Below are positions 1 to 12,613 of a DNA stretch of 37,273 bases, piece by piece. The notes beneath the pieces are model-generated. The model saw only the letters and a list, made by a program, of their open reading frames with translations. It was not told the DNA's origin and ran no database searches. Numbering within the stretch: the first letter of the stretch is position 1; each line of letters begins with the position of its first letter. A program made the position numbers and the translations under genes. The DNA comes from Octopus sinensis (taxonomy: Eukaryota): positions 1 to 37,273 of the forward strand of contig NW_021836849.1 in the NCBI RefSeq assembly GCF_006345805.1, read 5' to 3'.

Positions 1-1430
1 TTTGGAGAATATTCACGGCAGTGCTGGGTGAAAAACTTTGTAGTTTATTTAAAAGCTGAATATTCGGTCAATCATATTGCAACTGTTAGTTTCACAGCGA
101 AATATATCAACGGGTAATGATTTTTACTCATGGTTAATCTTTTAGAGACTCACGTATGATGAATTTTGGTAAAAGACTTCTGGTATTCAATCTATGCCAT
201 TCCCAGACTTCTCTTTCTCTCAGTACAATCTTCGTTTCTAATATTTCTGATTAGTAACTGATCTTTACAATCATACAAGCTTTTCCAACATCGCCTTTGC
301 TTTTAGGGAAACAAGATTTTTTTCCATATTTCTAGTTACCCTCTGCGATATTATTGCAGATAAAGCTTTGTAAATTGTAGAAAAGCAGGTTATGGGTAAG
401 TTTTAGGGTTTACCGTGTCTTTAGTTTTGGGAATTCTGATGATTTTCTCCATAATCATGTACATTTTGTCTTTTTCACCAATACTAAACATCCTTTTATT
501 TTCTATCTTTTGGTATCTGCTTTCCATGTTTGCTTGGGCTTTAATATTGATATACAAATAAATTTAAGGGATTATCCACTTTCCTTCGTAAGTACAGCTG
601 CTACTGCTGCTGCTGCTGCTTATATTATTTCGTTTGACCTGGTTATATTTATGTTCGTGTATGTTTTCATTAAGTCTGTGGGAGCAAGGTTTGCGATATT
701 TGTTGCTAGTTCAAACGTTGTTTTATCCCTATAAGATACTTTAATTAGCCCCTACAAAGATCCACAGATCAAAAAGCTTAATTAGTTCCCCCTTTAGATT
801 CATATATTATTTCCATCGTCAGAATTTTCTACATTAAAATATATTTCATATACTCACGTATCTATATTTTGGTTTCTTACTATTCGATGGCTTTTCTAGG
901 CTTGATTTCATTGTAACTTGTTTTTCTTTTTATATTTCATTTGTTTAGTACTTGTTCGGACAATTTTTCCGGTTTACCTTTATAATATAATTTGTTTTTC
1001 TTGTTTGTTTTGAATTTGTTGTTTGTGTTTTTGTTATGTATCATTTATTTTCAGAATTCTATTTCTGATATTTTGTACTTTTAAGAATTTGTCTTCTTAA
1101 ATTATAAGGTTAATAGAGATACAAACTTTTAGTTCATAGTTTATTTTTTCTCCAAGTTGTATTCGCGAGTGTTGCCAGCCTCGTTTTGAAATAGACTGCG
1201 GGTGTAATATATGCAAACAACTCTCTTAATTTATTTGTTTCGATTTTGTGGGATATCGCGTTGTCTCTGGCGAAGTCGAGTTTTGAACGTTGTATCCTTC
1301 GCACTTTTTAAATATGAAGTTCAAATTAGGTTTTCCTTTATCAGCCTACATTTGAGCAATGCTGTTTTTATTTGTAATGTTTCTGGTTTCGTGTGTGGGG
1401 AGGCAGTGGAGTCGGTCTCCTGTTAACCTG
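1..1430 (-). mobile_element. Decayed R4/Dong-clade non-LTR retrotransposon: N-terminal region and start of RT domain, running off the window edge
   Basis: Minus-strand translation with stops/frameshifts gives IPKTKDTVNPKTY (396-434), CFSTIYKALSAII, CKDQLLI (249-269) and MA*IEYQKSF (171-200). These match the R4/Dong RT motifs LIPK..NYRPITCL.TIYK, GCKDQLLI and MAWIDYKKAF. An NEII.AAAA motif near 590-635 resembles the R4 N-terminal region. The upstream boundary is approximate. Confidence 0.8.
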
Positions 1431-1624
1431 ACTTCGTGAGGGTAGTGTCAGAACATCGGCCAATTGAAGCACTTGTAAATTAATTTTTATCAAAGTTTAC
1501 AAGATTTACCTTTGAACATTTTCGGAGGTTTTTACCCCCCATTTAAATTATTTAACTATATTTACAGATATTTATTGGAACGGTCGAATAGTGATACTTC
1601 GTGATAAACGGCCTCCAATATTTT

Positions 1625-1733
1625 CCTATTATTTTCAATGACTTTTTATGTACTTTCAATATATCACACCGCGTGTCTTGTGCAAGCAGTGTTTTGTCTT
1701 GATTTTATGGTTCCTCTTGTATCGAAAGTATGT

Positions 1734-1791
<58 letters not shown>

Positions 1792-2340
1792 GCCGAGCAG
1801 TGCTAACTTCTCTTTGTAGTACATATTTCTAAGCTGTGAGGTTTTTGCTAAGTATTTGTCTTTCGTTGTGTTTGATTTTAATCATTCACTGAACAAAATA
1901 TTGAGGGTTTTTTTCCAAGTCTTGGCCTCAGATAATATATTTCCTCGTTTGTTTTAGAAAATACATTATCGTCTGTTGGGATTATTACTTCGTTTTCCGA
2001 ACTTCTTTTACAGTTGGTCCTCAATAACTGTATCTGGTGGAGTAATCTTGACATCCCAGTCTAAATGGAATGACATATCACACTTTATAGCCGTTTTGCC
2101 ATTCACTGAGATTCTATTTGCTTTTTGTTTATACTATTTATAACTGCTCCTTCTTTGATTGATGTTTCGTAATGAAGGTAAAAACTTCCATTTTATGAAA
2201 ATCCCAAGTCTGCCATGCCTATTGTATTCTTTGGTATTCAAGCTTTTCCTCCCAACGAAAGATAATTGCAAATGTTTTGTCCCAGTATCCATATTTTCTG
2301 CAGTTATTTGATATATATTCTCTTGCCTTACACGCTTCTA
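1625..2340 (-). mobile_element. Decayed R4/Dong-clade 3' end: zinc-knuckle remnant, restriction-like endonuclease (RLE) and 3' UTR
   Basis: Minus strand reads NNCRKYG (CRxC remnant), RHGRLGIFIKWK (cf. RHD.V..YIHW), PPDTVI (2023-2040, cf. RPDIV), IPTDDNV (1962-1982) and DKYLAKTSQLRNMYYKEKLALLGITH (ending ~1783), then ILSIQ after the (TG)n tract. It is truncated at its 5' side by a SINE. Confidence 0.8.
1737..1788. repeat. (TG)n microsatellite inside the RLE coding remnant
   Basis: Perfect TG run interrupting the GITH...ILSIQ C-terminus. Confidence 0.95.
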
Positions 2341-2359
2341 GAGGTTTCCAGTACGACGT

Positions 2360-2791
2360 CTTTGGCAGAAACGTTAGAGCGTCGGACAAAATGCTTAGCA
2401 GTATTTCTTCCGACCCTTTATATTCCGGTTTCAAATCCCACCGATGTCAGCTTTGCTTTTCATCCTTTTGGGGTCGATAAAATAAAGTACCAGTCAAGCA
2501 CTGGAATCGATGTCGTTGATTAACAACCCCTCTCTTCGAAATTACAGACTTTGTGCTTAAATTAGAAATCATTATTAAGGCGGCGAGCTGGCAGAATCGT
2601 TAGAGCGTCAAACAAAATGCCTTGCAGTGTCTATTCTCGTTCTTTACATTCTGAGTTCAAACCCAGCTGAAGACAACTTTGCTTTCCATCTTTTCGGGGT
2701 CGATTAGTACCAACTGCATACTGGGGTCGATGTAATCCACTTATTCCTTCCCTAAAGCTGTTGGCCTTGAGCCAAATTTTATTATTATTAT
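2360..2791 (+). mobile_element. Two tandem copies of tRNA-derived SINE family A
   Basis: Head aaggcggcgagctggcagaatcgttag (A-box-like TGGCAGAATCG), B-box-like gagttcaaa, central tttcatcctttcggggtcgataaa..gtaccag (Deu/Nin-domain-like, from recall) and a (TTA)n tail. The second copy starts in the tail of the first. Confidence 0.9.
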
Positions 2792-2856
2792 TGAACAAAA
2801 TAGGGAAAGAAATAACAAGAAAAATTATTATTTTAATTTTAATTGTTTCGTTGCAG

Positions 2857-2912
2857 CGCTAGTCAGTCAGTCTATGCTGTTGTATTGTCTTAATCGACAA
2901 CGAGGGCAATAA
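2857..2912 (+). CDS. Candidate terminal coding exon of an unknown host gene (phase 1: xLVSQSMLLYCLNRQRGQ*)
   Basis: Strong acceptor ttttaattgtttcgttgcag ending at 2856, followed by unique non-repetitive sequence. No homology recognised. Confidence 0.2.
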
Positions 2913-3553
2913 CCCCCTCGAGGACAACGTTTTTGTGTTCTTACCAAACCTTTGAGTTCCAGTTGGGCCGCGCCAATCTTTATTGCGGTATTAATTCTTA
3001 CTGAATCGATCATCAGATTCGATGAGAAATTCCCATTGAGATATTGATACGATGGGAAATAAAGCAATACTTCAACAACCAAAACAAAAAGATTTTCTAT
3101 AATTTGTCACGTTAGTACTTATCGACAGTGTGTATGCGTATGTATATATATATAATATATATATATCTATATATATATATATATCTATATATATATATAT
3201 ATACGGATGCGTATGACTATCATTGTACGCATGTGTGTGTGTGTGTGTGTGTTTTAGTGTAGGTGAGTTGGTGGGTAACAGGGGATATATAGATATGGTA
3301 TATATGTCTGCTTAAATGATTTTTCGTACATAAGTGTACGTAATTTAACATAGAAACAGGGGGGGAGTATGAAGCTATTATCTGTGTGCGTGTGAACTAT
3401 GTATAGATGCGTAACTCTCCCCCATTCCCTCACCCCCACCTCTAGATGATAGATAGATAGATAATGTGTGTGTAAAAGTATTAAATAATACGCATATGGA
3501 TTTCTGTGTATATGTGTACGCACATACATTCACACATGCACATTATATATATA

Positions 3554-3584
<31 letters not shown>

Positions 3585-3675
3585 ATATATATATGTACGT
3601 ATTTGCATATATACACACAATGGGGGGAACTAATTAAAGTCGAGTAATAAAATCACCAAAATTGAGGAAACAAAA

Positions 3676-3707
3676 AACAACAACAATAATAATAACACTA
3701 ATACTAC

Positions 3708-3773
<66 letters not shown>

Positions 3774-3778
3774 TAATC
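3676..3778. repeat. (TAA)n microsatellite
   Basis: Direct reading. Confidence 0.95.
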
Positions 3779-3927
3779 AGTTTTGAGAATCGAATCAGTT
3801 TTGCAAACTAATCGATATTTGTCTATTCGATTTTTATTAACTATTTTCTTAGCGTCTATTTAAGAGTAATATGTTGTTGTTGTTGATGATGATAGTGGAA
3901 ATAACGTAAATGAAACTACTGAAACGC

Positions 3928-3966
<39 letters not shown>

Positions 3967-4266
3967 ACACGGGCGTGCAAACCTGTGTGTGTGTAACAGA
4001 TAGACATGATGAAGAGCACGTATACATGTGCGTATGTAATATATATATATGTATATATGTATGTATGTATATATATATATGTATATATATGTAAATATGT
4101 GTGCGCAGTTATATATGTATAAAATACGTGAGTGTGTGTGTGTGTGTAAAATATACAAAACGCACGCACAAAGAAAGAGGATTGTGAAAGAGCAGTAAAA
4201 GAAATAGAAGCAGAAACAGATGCAAGAGATACAAGAAGAGTAGCAGTAAGAGAATGAGAATGAGCT

Positions 4267-4308
4267 GTGGTGGTGGTGGTGGTGGTATTAGTAGTAGTAT
4301 TAGTAGTG

Positions 4309-4362
<54 letters not shown>

Positions 4363-4507
4363 ATAGCGGTGGTGGTCATGGTGGTGATGGTCGTGGTGGT
4401 AGAAGCTGTAGTGGCAGTGATGATGGCGGCGGCGGTGGTAGTGATAGTAGTGGTTGTAGTAGTATTAATGGTTTAGTAGTAGTAGTAGTAGTGGTTGTAG
4501 TAGTAGT

Positions 4508-4545
<38 letters not shown>

Positions 4546-4600
4546 TAGTAGTAGTAGTATTAGTAGTAGTGGTGGTGGTGGTGGTGGTGATGGTGGTATG
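4267..4600. repeat. Compound (GGT)n/(AGT)n trinucleotide repeat
   Basis: Direct reading. It explains the poly-T/S/V ORFs. Confidence 0.95.
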
Positions 4601-4728
4601 AAGGGTTGATGTAAGAGTAGGAGGAATGTGTTTTATAGATTGACGAAAAAGTAAAAAATAAGAGTTAAACTAGAATAGAATCGGAGAAAGAGAATTTAAA
4701 AGTGAGACACAATGTGTGTGTGTGTTTG

Positions 4729-4768
<40 letters not shown>

Positions 4769-5364
4769 TGTGTGCGTGTGTTTGAATGAGTTTGTGTGAT
4801 CAAGTGGGTGCGTATAAAGGGGTGAGTGAGTGAGTATGGGAGCGGGTTGGACTGAGAAATATATTCGAAGATGGTGCGGTTCCTGGAAGGGTGGCGGAGG
4901 AATTTACCGTTTATTTCTTGACATTAATTTCACTTACAATAAACTACTAACCTTTGCCATGTCATACGATAGATTTTTGTTTTTAATCTCCAAAATTTAT
5001 TCGATCATCGGTTCAAGTTATTTTTTGATTCTGTTTTGGGGTTGTTTTTTGTTTTGTTTTTGGTATTTTTCTTTTGTATGATATATAAGGGTGTGTGTGC
5101 GTGTGTGTGTGGAAGAATGGTCTTACAGGAGAACAATTTGATTTTTGTGTCTTATTCAATTTGAATTGGTCAAATCCTTATTTGACAAGTGAAAAAGAAA
5201 TATTGTTCGTTTTGAACAGACGAACGGATAAGAAATTCTTTTGTATAAACAAAATAATATACACACAAACACACACAATATACACAAAGTATATTTTTCC
5301 AGAGAAACTGAATGAATACACACAGGATATATATACACACACATGCATATATATATATATAATA

Positions 5365-5416
<52 letters not shown>

Positions 5417-5924
5417 ATATATATATACTCGCATGCACATTTAAATCAGAGAATTTGAAGAATGTGGTGTGTGTTTGTTTCACAAATTCTCTGGAGCAAG
5501 TATCGTAGAATTCATCAACATTCCAGATGATAAGTGTTGGTAGACATCAACTAAAGTCAATTCGCTGAAACGAAAATATTTTATGAAGATGTCTGCCTCA
5601 TAAAATCACTGAAACACTTTTTTTAAAAAATCAACGAACCAACATGGAGAGTCACTACGCGTGACATATTTCCTCTTCTCACTACACGAAACTAATTTAA
5701 AACCAATCCTTTCCAGACGATGAGGTTTCACTATGAGGTTACTCTGGCTGCAGGAAATAACAACTAAATAGCCATCAAATTATACACTACGGCGTTAAAA
5801 GTGGATGACCCATTGAATTATGCAGCGAATTGCTCGCCGCTAACATATCGCTAAACTCCAACAACAAAAGCAAAGCATTGATGGCAATTTTATACGTTAG
5901 AAAATATTATTATTATTATTATTA

Positions 5925-5964
<40 letters not shown>

Positions 5965-5966
5965 TA

Positions 5967-6012
<46 letters not shown>

Positions 6013-6250
6013 GGAGGTAACCAATTTGATGAATTGTTAGTGCGCCGAACAAAATACTTAGCGGAATTTCTTCCGACTTTACGTTCTGAGTTCAAATTCT
6101 ACCGAAGTCGACTTTGCTTATCATCCTTTCGGAGTCGATGAAATAAGAAACAGTGAAACACTGGTGGGTCGATGTAATCGACTGGCCCCTTCTCCCCAGA
6201 ATTTCAGATCTTGTGCCAATAGTAGAAAGGGTTGCTATTACTATTATTGA
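6013..6250 (+). mobile_element. SINE family A copy following a (TTA)n tract
   Basis: ttacgttctgagttcaaattctaccgaagtcgactttgc...gtcgatgtaatcgactggcccc...tagtagaaagg. Confidence 0.9.
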
Positions 6251-6347
6251 GAAACTCTCAGCTTGTTTTGCGGGTACGATGGAATGTGTCGGCTTTTGTA
6301 CATTTATTTCACACAAACGAATATATATAAAAATGCACGTATGGAAT

Positions 6348-6349
<2 letters not shown>

Positions 6350-6419
<70 letters not shown>

Positions 6420-6611
6420 ATATATATATATTATGTATATATATTATATGAATACATACATATGTATATATATCATGAATACATGTATATATATATAATA
6501 TATATATGTTATATATAATACATGTATATATATATGTATATATATGTATATATATATATATGTATATATATATGTAATATATATAGTATGTATATATATT
6601 ATATATATATA

Positions 6612-6672
<61 letters not shown>
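6350..6672. repeat. Imperfect (TA)n microsatellite
   Basis: Direct reading. Confidence 0.95.
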
Positions 6673-6673
<1 letters not shown>

Positions 6674-7626
6674 CAGCTTTTGTGAGGGCGGACGTATAGT
6701 TGTAGGATGTGTGAGAGATGGAGAGATATATATAGAAAGCGGGTGGGAGCAGAGATATAGAAAGACATAAACCGAGAGAGAGAGAGGAGGAGGGGAGAGA
6801 GAGAGACGGAGGAGAAAGAGAGAGAGCAGTGATGTACCGGAAGTAGTTGAAAGATGTTAGGAACTTGCTGAATTTACAATCAGTGTTGCCAATATTATTT
6901 TTTTCTTTTTTATTTCATTTTCTTTGTTATTGTTGTTATTGTTGTTGTTGTTGTTGTTATTGTTGATGTTTTTTCTGGAAATCTGGCAGCCAACTCATCT
7001 CAGTTCCTTCTCTCGGTTTATATTGCATTTTTGTTTTTTTTTCTCCTTCGTGCTGTTCAGATGTCAATTGGTATGATCTACTACTACTACTACTACTACT
7101 ATTGCTAATAAGTTCTCTTATTATTATCATCATTACTACTACTATAATTATCACTTCTAATAAGTTCTGTTATTATCATCATAACTACCACCATAATTAT
7201 CTTTGTCATTAATATTATTATTTTAATACTATCGTTGTAACTATCATCATCATCATCATCATCATTACATTCGTATCATAAATATTACTCATTTTTATCA
7301 TCATCGTCATCATCATGATCATCACCATCATTAATATTATTGTTAGTGATTTTTAAATTACGTGAAGAGTTTTCTTTCTTAATGCAAGAAACATCGGAGT
7401 TTACGATGAGGAAGTCAAATTAACGGCCATCAAACATCACAGACTAACGATGTTCATGGTTAATAAAAAAAATGTCCAAGCTTAACGAAGATATCCAATG
7501 TTAACGAACAATTATCGAAGATTAACTGAAATATGTAATGTTAACAGAAAAATTATTGAAACAGATTATAAATGGCAACACTAGCCATTCTGGAAGGGCA
7601 GTTTTTCCTCTCGATGTTGCTGGTTG

Positions 7627-7686
<60 letters not shown>

Positions 7687-7720
7687 TATATATATATATA
7701 TTATATATATATATATATAT

Positions 7721-8110
7721 CAGGCATGTGCCGTCAGTATTTACTCAGGGTAGGCAGTTGGTGACCTTTATGTAGAAAAGCACACAAAGAAATAAACGAA
7801 ACAGGCGCGCGATTGAGTTGAAGGCAGATTTACTTCTGCCTTTATAGCGCGTAAAGAAAACATTGTTGTAGGAATGTACGCAGCACGTGTACTACAGAAG
7901 CACTATGCGTAGCTTAAATACTAAGAATGAAAAGCAGGGGCGAATTATGCCTACCTGATATCCCAAAAAATAAATTATTTTGCATTTTATGCATAATAAT
8001 TAGAGTAACCTTCATAATTTTATTTAATTTGTTGCTTATTTTGCCATGAAAGGAAAATGTTGCTATCGATCTATTTCATTCAGGATAGGCACTGCCTACC
8101 TTGCCTACCT
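7721..8110. mobile_element. Possible degenerate hAT-type MITE inserted in (TA)n
   Basis: The left end caggcatgtgccgtcag...gggtaggcag and the right end ggcactgcctaccttgcctacc carry inverted GGTAGGCA/TGCCTACC subterminal motifs. The outer right TIR is missing. Confidence 0.4.
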
Positions 8111-8115
8111 AATAT

Positions 8116-8198
<83 letters not shown>

Positions 8199-8259
8199 AT
8201 AACATTATTTCAGACACCAGGCCAGCAGTTTTGAGGGGATGGTGATAGAGTTTATAGAG

Positions 8260-8435
8260 CGGTGATTGGCTGAGTCAATAGAGCGTTGGACAGATTCACT
8301 TGCACAATTTGCTCCGGCTCTTTAAGGTCTAAGATCAAATCTTGCTGAGATTAACTTTGCTTTTCATCCCTCTAGAGGCGATAAAACAAAGTACCAGACA
8401 ACTACTGAGGCTGGTGTAATTGACTAATTAACCCC
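8260..8435 (+). mobile_element. Diverged SINE family A copy
   Basis: ttggctgagtcaatagagcg...aactttgcttttcatccc...aaagtaccag. Confidence 0.75.
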
Positions 8436-8824
8436 GTCTCTTATCACCGACGCCAGAACGGCTCGTGCTCGTTCATAAGAAACTGTTCTTTTGGTTACAG
8501 GCTTCGTCGTTTCCGTCCCGCTGCAGTCATTATATTGAATTAATCACGACGAAAGTTTATTTAGATTTTCTCGTCCAGATCTAAGTTATCATAATTTTCC
8601 CACTGTCATGAACAATCATTGTCATAAACATAGGCATCAACATGACCATTATCATCAATAATAGAACAATAATTTGTTAAACTCTAACAAGGCATCATGT
8701 GTGCAGGGAAAGGTGGTTGGAGACAGAAAATTTCCAAATCGACCAACCTACTTCTTACCGATTCTCTCATCCATCACCGTCTTAACAATAATTATTATTT
8801 CTTTTTTTATTATTATTACTATTA

Positions 8825-8952
8825 TCCGAGGTTGTTTTTGCCTTTCATGCTTCTGGAGTCGATTAAATAAGTACCAGTTGAGCACTGGGGTCAATGTAAT
8901 CGATTAGCCCCCAAAATTACGGACCTTGTCGATTTAGTAGAAAGGATTATTA
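8825..8952 (+). mobile_element. 5'-truncated SINE family A copy
   Basis: tttgcctttcatgcttctggagtcgattaaataagtaccagttgagcactggggtc...tagtagaaaggattatt. Confidence 0.85.
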
Positions 8953-8954
8953 AG

Positions 8955-9135
8955 TTCAGAGTTGCTGAAGCTTGGAATAAACTGCCTGCGTCAGTTGTTG
9001 ACTGCCATGACACTGCATTCTTTAAGGCCCTCATGCTTTCCGAAATCCGTCGAAACTACACCTGATTATATATGCACTTTAGATGAGTTGTAGTGCACCT
9101 GAGCACTGTACACAATGTTTATTATTATTATTATT
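8955..9135 (+). mobile_element. 5'-truncated CR1/L2-type LINE 3' end
   Basis: Open frame 8955-9065 reads FRVAEAWNKLPASVVDCHDTAFFKALMLSEIRRNYT*, matching the RV...WN.LP..VV....F K C-terminal signature of CR1/L2/Jockey-group ORF2. A short 3' UTR and (TTA)n tail follow. Confidence 0.8.
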
Positions 9136-9137
9136 AT

Positions 9138-9969
9138 AAGGTGGCGAGCTGGCAGAATCGTTAGCACGCCGGGCGAAATGCATAGCGGTATTTCGCCCGC
9201 TGTTACGTTCCGCCGAGGTCGACTTTGCTTTTCATCCTTCAGGGATCGATAAATTAAGTACCAGTGAAACACTGGGGTCGATGTAATCGACTGGTTTCCG
9301 TCCCCCAAAATTTCAGGCCTAGTGCCCATAGTAGAAAGTATTATTGTTATTATTATTGTTATTCTTATTATTATCATCATTATTATTATTATTGTGCCTT
9401 GCAGTATTTCTGAGTTCAAACACTGCCGATGTCGACTTTGTCTTTCATCCCTTCGGGACGATAAAATATCAACCAAGCACTGGAATCGTTGACTAATTCT
9501 CCTCCCTTCAAAACTGCTGGTCTGTTGCCTGCGTCCGAATTCTTTTCTTAATGGCAGTGAGCTAACAAAATCGTTAACGCGCCGAACAAAGTGCTTAGCG
9601 GAATTTCTTCCGGCTCTTTACATTCTGAAATGAAATATCGCCGAGGTCAATTTTGCGTTTCTTTCCTTCAAGCGTTGATGAAATAAAGTACCAGTCAGGT
9701 ACTCGGGTCGATGTGATCCACTAGCCCATCCCGCAAAATGTCTTGTGCATATAATAAAAAGGATTACCATTAATTATTAATGCAGCGAGATGTCAGAATC
9801 GACGGCATGCCGGACAAAATGTTCCGACTTTACGTTCTGAGTTTAAATGCCTCCGTCGTCGACTTTGCCTTTCATCCTTTCGGGGTCGATTAAATATGTA
9901 CCAGTTGAATACTTGGGTCGAGGTAACTGATTTACCCCATCCCTGAAAATTGTTGACCTTGTGCCAAAA

Positions 9970-9975
<6 letters not shown>
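9138..9975 (+). mobile_element. Cluster of four head-to-tail SINE family A copies (~9138-9345, 9395-9540, 9551-9775, 9782-9975)
   Basis: Repeated A-box/B-box heads and central domain, separated by TTA tails. Confidence 0.9.
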
Positions 9976-10026
<51 letters not shown>

Positions 10027-10142
10027 CCTTCTTATTTCAAATTTTCTTCCGTTTCTCGCTGAGTGTTTTCCGCACACCTAGGGCAGAGAAGCTCATGGTA
10101 TGCATTCCCAGATTACACACGCAATTCACAGATAAAATATGT
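10027..10142 (-). mobile_element. Probable R4/Dong-type 3' UTR remnant inserted in (TAA)n
   Basis: Unique ~115 bp flanked on both sides by TTA repeats. On the - strand it ends ...ccctaggtgtgcggaaaacactcagcgagaaacggaagaaaatttgaaataagaagga(taa)n. Dong elements are known to target TAA repeats; the family assignment is inference. Confidence 0.5.
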
Positions 10143-10150
10143 TATTATTA

Positions 10151-10182
<32 letters not shown>

Positions 10183-10588
10183 GGACATAATAGCCGTAAC
10201 ATATGAACTGCTGATTTATGGGGGATATTTTTTTCATTCCGACAAGCAAAATTTTACCAATGAGAATTAATGTAGACCATTAGGCTGTGATTACAATTAT
10301 ACGCCAAAAGTCTTGTAGTCAATTAGACCAAAATTCTGAAACCTAAAATCAATATTAAACAGAAATCAGCAAGAATTTCGTTAATAAATGGTTATAAATG
10401 AAGTTCAATCAACTTAGACTGACGCACAAATCACAGTACATATGCATTCACAGAAGCCGGCAACTATGTTGATTTGACTTAACGTTAGTGACTTAATGTT
10501 ACGGCGACCAGGAAAGTTTCATTTAAATGCATTTATTTTGCGATCTACTTTGAGTATGGCTTGATATTGGCTTCGGAGTGTGTAAGTG

Positions 10589-10619
<31 letters not shown>

Positions 10620-10695
10620 TGTGTGGTTGGGTTGTTTGTGTATATATATATATATATATACATACATACATACATACATACATACATACATACAC

Positions 10696-10726
<31 letters not shown>

Positions 10727-10740
10727 CATATATACATAAG

Positions 10741-11430
10741 GTAAAAAACACATCAAACGGAAATCGTCAAAACATAACAAACAGGAAAAGGGCGATAGCA
10801 CAACAACAGCAAACAGGACAAAACAGGATACGCGGATCATTCGCAGCCAATTGCTCCTTCAGTCGGAGTCTGCAATGTCCATGTAATTTCGCCCAATCCT
10901 CTCCGATACTACCCGAAACCAATTGGGCGGAGGGCTTAAGCTGAAGGCATTAAGACCTTGAGCAAGGCAAGCGAATGTACATATACAAACACAAGGAAAT
11001 AAAAAACAGAAAGGGTCTTTCGACTATCGGACGAACGTAACATAAGAAATATAATTATACACATACAATGGACAAAAGCCTTTCGGCTATGCAACAAAAG
11101 TAAAACAAAACAGTCTTTCGACTATCAGACAGTGTAGTAAGGTAGCGCATGGAAAAAGGAAATGGGAACATTTTAACTGACCAGGCGGCGAGACAGAACA
11201 GATGCGAATGACCTCAAAGGCGATCGCCCGAAAAAAACGACAATGCATAAACGGGACAGCGATCACGTGGTAGAGGAGGGGGGAGTTGAAGAAAGCAGAG
11301 GACTCAGGAATAGGAGAGAGGGGAAAGAAATCAGAGGGACCAAATAATGGGAAGGAGGGATCACAGAATGTGAGGGAGGAGGAAAGAGAGAGAGAAAGAA
11401 ACAAGGTACAAGAGAGGTGAGGAAGGAATA
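10741..11430. mobile_element. Purine-skewed insert between TA-rich tracts, possibly a Penelope-like element terminal region
   Basis: Unique insert bounded by (TACA)n and (TA)n, with a triplicated tttcg(a/g)ctat motif and a degenerate hammerhead-like ctgaagg...gaat on the - strand (~10835-10865). No coding motif was recognised. Confidence 0.3.
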
Positions 11431-11649
11431 TATATATATATATATATAATATTCCAGGGGAATAATGTCCGGTTACTTAGTATAAAGGACTCAAAAGTAA
11501 GTTTGAGAGTGAATAGAATATTTAATCCTTATGAATTATATATAATTATTATTAGCCCTTAAGGCCGGTTTGCCAGTTTCAGCAGCATATAAGTCACAGC
11601 ATCTGTCCTGAACGGGACGCCAGACCATTACAGGATCCAGGGACAAGTA

Positions 11650-11786
11650 CAGGTCTTTTACTGGTAATTCATTTTACCGACCCCGAATCAGGTAAAGTTG
11701 ATCTCGATGAGATTTGAACTCAGAACGTATAACGCGGAAAAAATACCGTTTAGGCATTTTGTCCAACACTAGGATTCGCCAGCTCA
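11650..11786 (-). mobile_element. SINE family A copy, the only clear minus-strand one
   Basis: Reverse complement reads gagctggcgaatcc...ttatacgttctgagttcaaatctc...ggggtcggtaaaatgaattaccag. Confidence 0.85.
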
Positions 11787-11803
11787 TATATATATATAAT
11801 ATA

Positions 11804-11886
<83 letters not shown>

Positions 11887-12296
11887 TTATATATAATATA
11901 ATATCTTATATATAGTATATATATATAATTATAATATATATATAATATATTATATCGATTATATATATATATATAAGATATAGAATATATATATATATAT
12001 ATATAATATATATATATATAATTTCACAATTGAGGGTAAATAATTAATTTTAATCAATTTCACAAGTGTTCAGTATGCAAAGGCCATTTAAGGCGAATCA
12101 ATTACTTACATTATATAAAAGGGGCTTAGTAAAATAAATTACTTGCCGCATACTGAACTCATTAGAAATAGCAGCTAAAAAAACTTTTTTAAAACTATTT
12201 CTAATACTTAAGGAAAACCTCTCCCATAGTGTTTGTCAATTCAACTCACGCAAATATGGGGGTAGAGACATTAAAAAAATCAAGTGCAAAGGTTAT

Positions 12297-12345
12297 TGAG
12301 AACGTACGTTTCAAGATAGTCAAACATACACTTATCATCAGCTCA
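12297..12345 (-). ncRNA. Type I hammerhead ribozyme motif (left arm)
   Basis: UGAG-CUGAUGA-[weak stem II]-GAAAC-GUAC-GUU-CUCA. Stem I is UGAG/CUCA and stem III is the palindrome AACGUACGUU. Confidence 0.65.
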
Positions 12346-12559
12346 GAACTCCCTGGTTTGGATTTAAAACACTGAAAGTAGGAGCATACCCGTTCGCCTC
12401 CTCGCTTCCGAACATCTTCCCTACGGAAAGGGGAGAGCAGAAAATTCTCGCTGCATTTTTGAGTTTGTTCGGCACTAGTTGCGAGCAGATCTTCGGAAGC
12501 GAGAGGAGCCGAAAGGGTATGCTCCTACTTTCAGTGTTTCAAATCCAAACCAGGAGTTC

Positions 12560-12613
12560 TGAGTGATGATTAGGAAGTGTCCGTGTTGACTAATCTTGAA
12601 ACGTACGTTCTCA
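12560..12613 (+). ncRNA. Type I hammerhead ribozyme motif (right arm, C3 missing)
   Basis: UGAG-UGAUGA-UUAG...CUAAUCUU-GAAAC-GUAC-GUU-CUCA. Confidence 0.5.

Noticed and set aside
1380-1480. HDV-like ribozyme at the R4 5' end
   Set aside because: The nested double pseudoknot could not be built by eye.
3849-4601. Long poly-T/poly-S/poly-V ORFs
   Set aside because: They are translations of compound trinucleotide and dinucleotide microsatellites.
9138-9975. Regularly recurring repeats resembling a CRISPR array
   Set aside because: The units are ~200-bp diverged SINEs with Pol III boxes and TTA tails, in eukaryotic context with no cas genes.
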